DNA from: Alphaproteobacteria bacterium
GTDB taxonomy: Bacteria; Pseudomonadota; Alphaproteobacteria; RF32; CAG-239
Length of the DNA: 64,000 nucleotides
Direction: 5' to 3'
NCBI GenBank assembly: GCA_028706255.1
Contig: JAQWBS010000005.1
Coordinates: forward strand, 35,673-99,672
The notes under the pieces are model-generated. The model searched no databases. It had not been told where the DNA came from and worked only from the letters and a program-made list of their open reading frames with translations. The position numbers and the translations under genes were made by a program. This document shows, in pieces, positions 19,295 through 26,598 of the stretch (its first letter is position 1; each line of letters begins with the position of its first letter).

Positions 19295-19404
19295 TTTCTA
19301 TCTCCGATGAGGAATTTTGAAATAATAACAGCTTTAATATTAAACAGTTTTTTATAATATTCAAGAATTTCCATGCAATTATTAATATTTGTGTGAAATT
19401 TTTA

Positions 19405-19915
19405 TCTCGGTCATTGCAATGTTTTTCTGTCATTGCGAGCGAAGTGTGAGATAATAGAACATTCTATCATCTTTGTCATTGCGAGCGAAGCGTGGCAATC
19501 CAATCAAAGCATGAATCCAAATAGCAATATCTCTCCATTCAGGTAGAGCCTCAGTCGAGATGACAGGAGTAAAGATAATCCCTAAAAAGCAATATCTCTC
19601 CGTTCGCTTCGCTCAGTCGAGATGACAGGGGCTTGAGAGGACATAAAAGAATTGTCATTTCGAAATTGACAACGTCAATGAGAAATCTTGCCTTATCGTC
19701 ATTCCATCACTTCCTTTATCATTTCCCATACTTCTCTGTCATTCCCAACGTCCTCCTCGTTGTCATTCCCGAGAAATCGGGAATCCACCTTTATGGATAT
19801 TCGGGTCAAGCCCGAATATGACAACTTAAAAATTAGCCCGAATATGACCCCTATGTATTGTCATTGCGAGCGAAGCGTGGCAATCCAATCAAAGAATGAA
19901 TCTGAATAGCAATTT
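19405..19915. repeat. Cluster of short palindromic repeats of the GTCATT family (GTCATTGCGAGCGAAG x3, GTCATTCCCGAGAAATCGGGAATCC hairpin, AGCAATATCTCTCC…TCAGTCGAGATGACAGG x2, ATATTCGGG-N5-CCCGAATAT)
   Basis: Repeated motifs visible in both orientations; 8-bp stem with GAAA loop at 19765-19784; no long ORF with sensible composition. Confidence 0.75.
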
Positions 19916-20101
19916 TTACATTTTTATTTTTTTACTGATTGACATCTTATTTTTTTAGTCTTACAATTCGATATATGGCGAATTGACGAATTGGATTTTA
20001 AAAGTTGATAAAATTGAGTTGGAGTTAAGGTTAGATTAGAAACAGAAATAAGATTAGATTAGAAAAACAGTAAGTTTATTAAATGTTGTAAGGAGGGGTA
20101 A

Positions 20102-20473
20102 ATGATAAGTTTTATGACAATGATGAAAGCAGTGTCGGATAAAAATAGAGTGCGGATTGTGGCGGCTTTGCAAAATTCTTCAATGTGTGTTTGTCAATTG
20201 ACTTCTTTATTAAAGCTCGCACCTTCAACAACTTCTAAACATATCTCAATTTTACAACAGGCAAAGCTCATTGAAAGCACCAGAAAAGGGAAATGGGTTT
20301 TTTATACAATCATTGAAGAAAAGAAAAACCCGCTAGTAAAAGAGGTTTTGACACTGATTAATAAGGGCACGAATGGATTTGAAGAAATCAAAGCGGATAA
20401 AAAACGTCTGCACGAAATTTTAAATGAATATTGTGAAATTCATCACGAATTTCACGGCAAAGCGGGGAGATAA
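20102..20473 (+). CDS. ArsR/SmtB-family metal-responsive repressor (CadC-like)
   Basis: wHTH with a metal-binding CVC motif (SMCVCQL); AGGAGG SD 5 nt upstream; stop is 3 nt before the ATPase gene. Confidence 0.8.
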   Translation: MISFMTMMKAVSDKNRVRIVAALQNSSMCVCQLTSLLKLAPSTTSKHISILQQAKLIESTRKGKWVFYTIIEEKKNPLVKEVLTLINKGTNGFEEIKADKKRLHEILNEYCEIHHEFHGKAGR

Positions 20474-20476
20474 ATA

Positions 20477-22477
20477 ATGGCACATTCACATAAACAAACA
20501 ACAGAAATATCTGAAATGCACGAACATCACCATTGTTGTTGTGGACATTGTCATCATCATGAAGAAGCACGTGATTCTCATGAACATTCACATGAACATT
20601 CTCATTCACATAACGATGAATGTGGTTGTGGGCATAACCATAATCATGGTGGAGAATATGATAAATGGATTTTAAGCCTTTCCGCTGTGCTTTATTTAGC
20701 AGTGATTGTGGTTGAGCATTTTATGACGATTTCCCCAATGATAACGGATGGCATTTTTTATGTTCTCTATTTGCTTTGTGGGTTCTCCGTGTTGAAAGAA
20801 GCTTTTAAGGGCGTGCTTCAAAAAGATTTTTTCAATGAATTTACGCTTATGACAATTGCCACGCTTGGGGCAGTTGCAATTTCAGAGTTGCCTGAAGCTG
20901 TTGGCGTAATGCTCTTTTATCGCATAGGAGAAGCGTTGCAGGAATATGCTGCAAACAAATCTCGAAACTCCATTAAGAGCCTTTTAGATTCTAAGCCAGA
21001 GTCCGCACATCTGATAGAAGGAGAGGAGATTAGGGAAATTCGTGTCGAGGAAATTCGCATTGGGCAAGAATTTCAAGTGAAGTCCGGTGAAAGAGTGCCA
21101 ACAGATGCTGTGGTCTTGAAAGGACAATCTCACCTAGATACTTCTTCAATCACAGGAGAATTTATGCCTATTGAGGTATTTGAAGGAACAGAGGTTTTAG
21201 GGGGAAGCATTAACATTGGTGGGGTTTTGGTCGTCAAAGCCTTGAAAGAATTTAGAGATACGAGTGTTGCCAGAACAATGGAGTTGGTCGAAAATTCTGC
21301 CAAGACAAAAGCACCAACAGAGAAGTTTATTAGTAAGTTTGCCAAAGTATATACCCCAATCGTCTTTTTCTTGGCGCTTGCGGTTGCAACCATTCCACCA
21401 TTGTTTTTCGGGCAACCTTGGGAAACATGGATTTATCGCTCACTGGTAATGCTCGTTATCTCTTGCCCTTGTGCTTTGGTCATTTCTATTCCACTGAGTT
21501 ACTTTGCTTCTATGGGGGCAGCATCTCGTTTGGGAATTCTAATTAAGGGTGGTGTGGTGATTGACGCTTTGACAAGTGTTGATATGGTAGCTTTTGATAA
21601 AACGGGAACGCTTACCAAGGGAGAATTAACAATTTCAGCCATTAAGCCAGTTGAAGGTGTTTCAGAGGCAGAACTTTTGGAATTGGCAAAAGAAGTTGAG
21701 CAATATTCAAATCACCCAATTGCTCAGACAATTTTGGGAAATGATTCTCTGAAGCATAATGAAACAGCAGAGGTGGAAGAAGTTGCAGGGCAGGGATTGT
21801 TGGTTAAACTTGGAAAAGAAACTTATCTTGCTGGTAATGCCAAGCTCTTAAAAGCACATCAAGTCATCTTTGAAGAAGAGGAAAGCTTTGGCACGCTCAT
21901 TTATATTGCCAAGAACAAAGCTTATCAAGGGGTGATTGTTTTGAATGACACAATCAAGCCTGAGGCGGTGAAAACGGTTGCGGAAATTAAAAAACAAGGC
22001 ATGTTGACTTATATGTTGACGGGAGATAATGAAAAGTCTGCAAGTTATGTTGCCGAAAAAGTGGGCGTGGATGAATATCAAGCAGAGCTTTTGCCTGAAG
22101 ACAAGCTCTATATTGTTGAAGAGTTACATAAGTCATCAAAAGTGATGTTTGTTGGCGATGGCACAAACGATGCTCCTGTTCTAGCAAATGCTTCTGTTGG
22201 AGTGGCAATGGGGGGCTTAGGCTCTAAGTTAGCAATTGAGGTTTCCGATGGGGTCATTTTAAATGATGATATCTCAAAGGTGCTAACACTCCTTAATTTA
22301 GCGAAGAGAACCAAAACAATTGTTTGGCAAAATATTTCCCTTGCGCTTGGTGTGAAAACGCTCTTTATGGTATTGGGGATTGTGGGGGTCTCTGGATTAT
22401 GGGAAGCTGTATTTGCTGATGTTGGCGTGAGTGTTTTGGCAATTTTGAATGCAATCAGGCTTTTGCGTAAAAATTAA
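20477..22477 (+). CDS. zntA: Heavy-metal (Zn/Cd/Co-type) translocating P1B-type ATPase with a His/Cys-rich N-terminal metal-binding tail
   Basis: CPC transmembrane motif (SCPCALV); DKTGTLT phosphorylation site; GDGTNDAP hinge; N-terminal HEHHHCCCGHCHHHEE…HSHEHSH. Confidence 0.9.
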   Translation: MAHSHKQTTEISEMHEHHHCCCGHCHHHEEARDSHEHSHEHSHSHNDECGCGHNHNHGGEYDKWILSLSAVLYLAVIVVEHFMTISPMITDGIFYVLYLLCGFSVLKEAFKGVLQKDFFNEFTLMTIATLGAVAISELPEAVGVMLFYRIGEALQEYAANKSRNSIKSLLDSKPESAHLIEGEEIREIRVEEIRIGQEFQVKSGERVPTDAVVLKGQSHLDTSSITGEFMPIEVFEGTEVLGGSINIGGVLVVKALKEFRDTSVARTMELVENSAKTKAPTEKFISKFAKVYTPIVFFLALAVATIPPLFFGQPWETWIYRSLVMLVISCPCALVISIPLSYFASMGAASRLGILIKGGVVIDALTSVDMVAFDKTGTLTKGELTISAIKPVEGVSEAELLELAKEVEQYSNHPIAQTILGNDSLKHNETAEVEEVAGQGLLVKLGKETYLAGNAKLLKAHQVIFEEEESFGTLIYIAKNKAYQGVIVLNDTIKPEAVKTVAEIKKQGMLTYMLTGDNEKSASYVAEKVGVDEYQAELLPEDKLYIVEELHKSSKVMFVGDGTNDAPVLANASVGVAMGGLGSKLAIEVSDGVILNDDISKVLTLLNLAKRTKTIVWQNISLALGVKTLFMVLGIVGVSGLWEAVFADVGVSVLAILNAIRLLRKN

Positions 22478-22537
22478 AGTAATTTTAATGCTAAGTTTCT
22501 ATAAGTGATTATAGCATAGTTTATGAGGAGAAGATTT

Positions 22538-23050
22538 ATGGAAGAAAGCGCATTATTTAAATTGACGCAAGGGTTATATATTTTAGGCAGTCGTGATGGC
22601 GACAGGTTCGTAGGTAGTGCGGTTGATGCGGTGATGCAGGTTTCTAATAAGCCATTATACATTGTGGTTTCTTGCCACAACACCTCATATACGAAAGAAA
22701 TGCTTGAAGCTTGCGGAGAATTTTCCATTTCAATCTTAGGCGAAAACAGCAATCCTTTTGTGATTGGCAATTTTGGGTTTCAAAGTAGTCGCACGGTTGA
22801 TAAATGGAATAATGTTCCGTTCTTTGTTGAGGATAATTTACCTTTTTTGCAAGAAAGCATTGCAATTATCAAAGGAAAAGTATTAAGTAAGGAAGTGTTG
22901 GGAACAAACACATTATTCACTGCCGAAGTGGTAGATTGTCGAAACCTTAAGGAAGAAGGGGCAATCACGTATAATGAATATCGCAATGGTTATAAGAATA
23001 AAGTGTTCAAAGCGATGGAAGAATATCGCAAAACATTGGTCAAAAAATAG
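22538..23050 (+). CDS. Flavin reductase-like (FMN-binding split-barrel) protein
   Basis: Flavin_reduct-like N-terminus (LTQGLYILGSRDGDRFVGSAV…); start at ATG 22538 (GAGGAG SD 7 nt upstream) preferred over 22523. Confidence 0.65.
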   Translation: MEESALFKLTQGLYILGSRDGDRFVGSAVDAVMQVSNKPLYIVVSCHNTSYTKEMLEACGEFSISILGENSNPFVIGNFGFQSSRTVDKWNNVPFFVEDNLPFLQESIAIIKGKVLSKEVLGTNTLFTAEVVDCRNLKEEGAITYNEYRNGYKNKVFKAMEEYRKTLVKK

Positions 23051-23062
23051 AGGAGAAGATGA

Positions 23063-23200
23063 ATGGCTGAAGAAAAGAAGCATGTTTGCACAGTTTGTGG
23101 ATGGGAATATGACGGTTCTGAAGGACCATGGGAAGAACTTCCAGAAGACTATCTTTGCCCGCTATGTGGCGTTGGAAAAGATTTGTTTGAAGAACAATAA
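23063..23200 (+). CDS. Rubredoxin (45 aa); not in the ORF track
   Basis: [45 protein letters not shown] carries both CxxCG knuckles and the CPxCG motif; AGGAG SD 7 nt upstream. Confidence 0.8.
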   Translation: MAEEKKHVCTVCGWEYDGSEGPWEELPEDYLCPLCGVGKDLFEEQ

Positions 23201-23204
23201 GCAT

Positions 23205-23232
23205 AAAAGCCTCTCTTTGGAGAGGTTTTTTT
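23205..23232 (+). terminator. Rho-independent terminator after the rubredoxin gene
   Basis: CCTCTC-TTT-GGAGAGG followed by TTTTTTT. Confidence 0.65.
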
Positions 23233-23479
23233 ATTTCAGAATCGGAAAGAATCCTCCCCAAAAGGTTAACGGGAGCGGGTTAGAGCCTAAAAATGTGGTG
23301 GAAAAAGCTAAAAAACTGTTTTTTTGTAAAAAAAAATCAAAAAAAGTTGTTAAATACGTTTATTTCATTTGACTTATCTGAAAATAAAGGCTTAAATTTT
23401 CTTGTGATTGTGATTTAGGTTCTTTTGAATATACGTAATCACATTGGTTTATAACAATTTTTTAGAGGGAGTCCTCACC

Positions 23480-23758
23480 GTGAATAAAAGTGAACTTATT
23501 ACTAGCATTGCTAGCAAAACTGGCCTTACTAAGACAGATTCTACTAAGGCTTTAGATGCATTCATCGCTTCTGTTGCTGAAGAAGTTAAAAAAGGTGGTG
23601 AAGTTCGTTTAGTTGGTTTCGGTACATTTTCTGTATCAGAACGTAAAGCAACTACTGGTCGTAACCCTCGCACTGGCGCGACAATCAAAATTGCTGCTAA
23701 GAAAGTAGTTAAATTTAAGCCAGGTAGCGAATTAGTTGCCGTAGCTAATAAGAAATAG
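23480..23758 (+). CDS. hup: HU/IHF-family nucleoid-associated DNA-binding protein
   Basis: MNKSELI… start (GTG at 23480, AGAGGGA SD); …GFGTFSV…RNPRTGA… arm motifs; 93 aa. Confidence 0.85.
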   Translation: MNKSELITSIASKTGLTKTDSTKALDAFIASVAEEVKKGGEVRLVGFGTFSVSERKATTGRNPRTGATIKIAAKKVVKFKPGSELVAVANKK

Positions 23759-23768
23759 TGACTCAAAG

Positions 23769-23797
23769 AAAGGGAGGTTATTGCTTCCCTTTTTTTT
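23769..23797 (+). terminator. Rho-independent terminator
   Basis: GGGAGG-TTATTG-CTTCCC followed by TTTTTTTT. Confidence 0.55.
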
Positions 23798-23820
23798 AAT
23801 TATTTCTCTGTACAAAAAAA

Positions 23821-23848
23821 AGAGCTCAAGAAAGAGCTCTTTTTTTTA
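23821..23848. terminator. Second, bidirectional hairpin terminator
   Basis: AGAGCTC-AAGAA-AGAGCTCT, a perfect stem, flanked by an A8 run and a T8 run. Confidence 0.6.
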
Positions 23849-24214
23849 TGACTAAAATGTGGAAACGGGAATTTTAACAGACAAAGATGAACTTGTTTTC
23901 CCAAAATTTTAAAGGAATGCAATAAGAAAACGGCGTAAAGAATTGAATTTTTATCCCGTTTTTTTGTGTCTTTAATTTATCTTATGCTTTATAAGATAAG
24001 TCAAATTTTTTAATCAGTTGTTTTGCCAAATGGACAGGCTGTTGAATTTATCCGTCTACAACAGGTGAATCCTCCCATGTATAGGTCAAAAACATTGTAT
24101 CTCGAAGCAGTTTCATCACCAAAGCTTCAAATATCTTAATTTTCCTATTCACAAATATATAAATATTTGATACTTTGCTTGGGTTAAGAATTTTATATAA
24201 AAGAGGAAATTAAA

Positions 24215-25732
24215 ATGGCACTTAAAACAACAAGAAAAGAAAATTACCCTGAGTGGTATCAAAGTGTGGTGGCGGAAGCTGATATGGCGGAAATTTCTGC
24301 CTCTCCAGGCTGTATGGTTATCAAACCTTGGGGATATGGAATTTGGGAGAATATTCAAAAGTTCTTAGATGAAAAAATCAAAGACACAGGGCATGAAAAT
24401 TGCTATTTCCCAATGTTTATTCCGCTTTCTTTCTTCCAAAAAGAAGCTGACCATGTGGAAGGCTTTGCCAAAGAAATGGCTGTGGTTACACATTCAAGAT
24501 TAAGTTCTGTCGACGGTAAATTAGTGCCAGATGCACCGCTCGAAGAACCCTTGATTGTCCGCCCGACTTCTGAAGCAATTATTGCAGATTCTTTTTCAAA
24601 ATGGATTCAATCTTATCGTGATTTGCCAATTCTCATCAATCAATGGGCAAATGTGGTTCGTTGGGAAATGCGTCCAAGAATGTTCCTCCGCACCAGAGAG
24701 TTTTTGTGGCAAGAGGGTCACACAGCTCACTCAACAACAGAAGAAGCTGAAGAAGAAACATTAAAAATGCTTGAAGTTTATCGCCAAACTTCTGAAGATG
24801 CTTTGGCAATGCCTGTGTTAACTGGTCGCAAACCTGAATTTGACAAGTTCCCAGGGGCTGTCGACACCTATTGTATTGAATCTATGATGCAAGACGGAAA
24901 GTCTTTGCAAGCAGGAACTTCTCACTATTTGGGTCAAACTTTTGCAAAATCTGCAAACATCACATTCGTAAACAAAAACAATGAAAACGAATATGCTTAC
25001 ACAACTTCATGGGGTGTTTCAACTCGTTTGATTGGGGGGGTGATTATGTCGCATGCTGATGATGAAGGAATGATTGTTCCTCCTCGCATTGCGCCATATC
25101 AGATTGTTATTCTTCCTGTGATTAGAAAGCCTGAGGAAGCTGAAGAAGTGATGAATTACATCACACAATTCCAAAATGAAATTAAACAACAAACAGCTTT
25201 TGGCGAAAAAATTCGTATCAAAATTGATAATCGTGATAAGAAATCTGCCGACAAATTCTGGGAATGGACCAGAAAAGGAGCTCCAATTCTTTGTGAAATT
25301 GGTCCTCGTGACGTTCAAGGTAATAAAGTGATGGTTAAAGAACGCCTTAAGTTTGGAACAGAAGAAGGCAAACAAATCTTGGATAAAGATGAATTTGCGC
25401 ATGCTGTTGGTGAAAAAATTGAGAAAATTCAGACAGAAATGTTTGCAAAAGCTAAGGCTCGTTTGGAAAACAACATCAACACATCAATCAAGACCAATGC
25501 TGATTTCGTGAAATATTTTGAAGCACCAAGCACTTGGATTGAAGAAAATGGTAAAGGAGTTGGGTTTGTTCGTGGTAAATGGAGTGGTGATGAAAAATCT
25601 GATGAACTTTTAAAAGAGATGAAGATTAATATTCGTTGCATTCCATTCGACCAAAGCGGAACAGAAGGCGAATGTTTGCTTACTGGTAAGAAAGGGGCAA
25701 CAATCGACGTAATCTATGGCAGAAGCTATTAG
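24215..25732 (+). CDS. proS: Prolyl-tRNA synthetase, archaeal/eukaryote-like architecture with a C-terminal zinc-binding domain ending in Tyr
   Basis: Class II motifs; the N-terminus runs straight into the catalytic domain with no bacterial-type INS editing insertion; C-terminus …CIPFDQSGTEGECLLTGKKGATIDVIYGRSY. Confidence 0.8.
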   Translation: MALKTTRKENYPEWYQSVVAEADMAEISASPGCMVIKPWGYGIWENIQKFLDEKIKDTGHENCYFPMFIPLSFFQKEADHVEGFAKEMAVVTHSRLSSVDGKLVPDAPLEEPLIVRPTSEAIIADSFSKWIQSYRDLPILINQWANVVRWEMRPRMFLRTREFLWQEGHTAHSTTEEAEEETLKMLEVYRQTSEDALAMPVLTGRKPEFDKFPGAVDTYCIESMMQDGKSLQAGTSHYLGQTFAKSANITFVNKNNENEYAYTTSWGVSTRLIGGVIMSHADDEGMIVPPRIAPYQIVILPVIRKPEEAEEVMNYITQFQNEIKQQTAFGEKIRIKIDNRDKKSADKFWEWTRKGAPILCEIGPRDVQGNKVMVKERLKFGTEEGKQILDKDEFAHAVGEKIEKIQTEMFAKAKARLENNINTSIKTNADFVKYFEAPSTWIEENGKGVGFVRGKWSGDEKSDELLKEMKINIRCIPFDQSGTEGECLLTGKKGATIDVIYGRSY

Positions 25733-25761
25733 TTTAGACTAAAACATAATTAAACTTAAGG

Positions 25762-25795
25762 AAAAGCCGAGCAATATGCTTGGCTTTACTTTTTA
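25762..25795 (+). terminator. Terminator after proS
   Basis: AAAGCCGAGC-AATAT-GCTTGGCTTT followed by a T-rich tract. Confidence 0.5.
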
Positions 25796-25866
25796 TAGGT
25801 TGACAAATTCGACAAAAAGTGTAAAGTATGAGCAACTTACTTATTATTAATCAAAAAACACTTATT

Positions 25867-26451
25867 ATGAACAAAATTAATTCTTTAGCTTTTCATGGAG
25901 AAAATTTCACTATTGGTTCTTTCAACGTCATTGAAAAAAATGTTATCATCGGTAACAATGTTACCATTGGAAACGGTTGCACAATCTGCGAAGGAACGAA
26001 AATCGGCGACAATGTCTTTATTGGACACAATGTCGTCATCGGACAAAAATGCAAAATCGAATCAGGCGTGGAAATTTCTTGCGGAAGCTTGATAAATGAC
26101 AAGGTGTGGATTGGACAAGACGCCATTGTTTCTCTTGGTGGGAAAGTTTTGGCAGATGTTCTTCCTTTTGCCATAGTTCAAGACAAAGAGATTTTCAGTT
26201 TCAATCAGGAGGCGGTTAAAGCTCAAAGAAAAGAGCTTGGCATTGCACCTCGAGAGATCGAAAGTATGTCTGCGGAAGCGTGGCGTTTGATTGATTACAT
26301 ATTGACTCATCGGGAAAGCTTTCCTGAAAGAATCAAAAAGGAACTTCGCCGTGCTGAAGGGCTAACCGATGGCAAAATTTTGAGAATAGTTTGCGAATTT
26401 GCCCTCAATGAGGAACGTAAAGGAAAAGAGTTTTGCCCTTATAATTACTAA
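25867..26451 (+). CDS. Truncated LpxA-like left-handed β-helix acyltransferase paralog (hexapeptide repeats plus an LpxA-type C-terminal helical domain)
   Basis: Runs of [LIV]G-x-x-x-x-I hexapeptides; C-terminal …NQEAVKAQRKELGIAPREIESMSAEAWRLI… resembles LpxA …[23 protein letters not shown]…; only 194 aa. Confidence 0.5.
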   Translation: MNKINSLAFHGENFTIGSFNVIEKNVIIGNNVTIGNGCTICEGTKIGDNVFIGHNVVIGQKCKIESGVEISCGSLINDKVWIGQDAIVSLGGKVLADVLPFAIVQDKEIFSFNQEAVKAQRKELGIAPREIESMSAEAWRLIDYILTHRESFPERIKKELRRAEGLTDGKILRIVCEFALNEERKGKEFCPYNY

Positions 26452-26473
26452 GGAATCCAAAGCAAAGAGAATA

Positions 26474-26508
26474 AAAAGTCAGACTTCAAAGTCTGGCTTT
26501 TTTTGTTG
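26474..26508 (+). terminator. Rho-independent terminator
   Basis: AGTCAGACT-TCAA-AGTCTGGCT followed by TTTTTTT. Confidence 0.6.
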
Positions 26509-26598
26509 TAATAAATTGTAGAAGTTTGTGTATTTACTTTGCAAAGAAAACTTAATAAATTATACTCAGAAAAATAAATCATTTAAGGAGATACATAT

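Larger units (their letters stand above)
13955..19300. mobile_element. Degenerate podovirus (T7-like) prophage remnant: repressor module, early genes, tail tubular A/B and small proteins; no capsid, portal, terminase or integrase
   Basis: Gene content listed below; the boundaries are the end of the chromosomal operon (13954) and the repeat cluster (19405). Confidence 0.55.

Noticed and set aside
13955-19400. tRNA or integrase marking prophage attachment
   Set aside because: I searched the island flanks by eye for tRNA T-loop signatures (GGTTCGAATCC-like) and for a tyrosine- or serine-recombinase ORF. I found none; the right edge is the repeat cluster instead.
19633-19909. ORFs 19633-19821 and 19688-19909 in the ORF track
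   Set aside because: They lie entirely within the palindromic repeat cluster; their 'proteins' are translations of GTCATT-family repeats, a known annotation artefact. They have no SD and no coding-like composition.
19405-19915. Possible CRISPR array
   Set aside because: The repeats are non-identical, occur in both orientations, have irregular spacing of about 20-60 bp, include perfect hairpins, and no cas genes are nearby. They are interspersed palindromic elements, not CRISPR.
22474-22986. Minus-strand ORFs 22474-22770, 22644-22865 and 22780-22986
   Set aside because: They are antisense to the flavin-reductase gene and overlap the ATPase stop. They lack start context and have odd composition.
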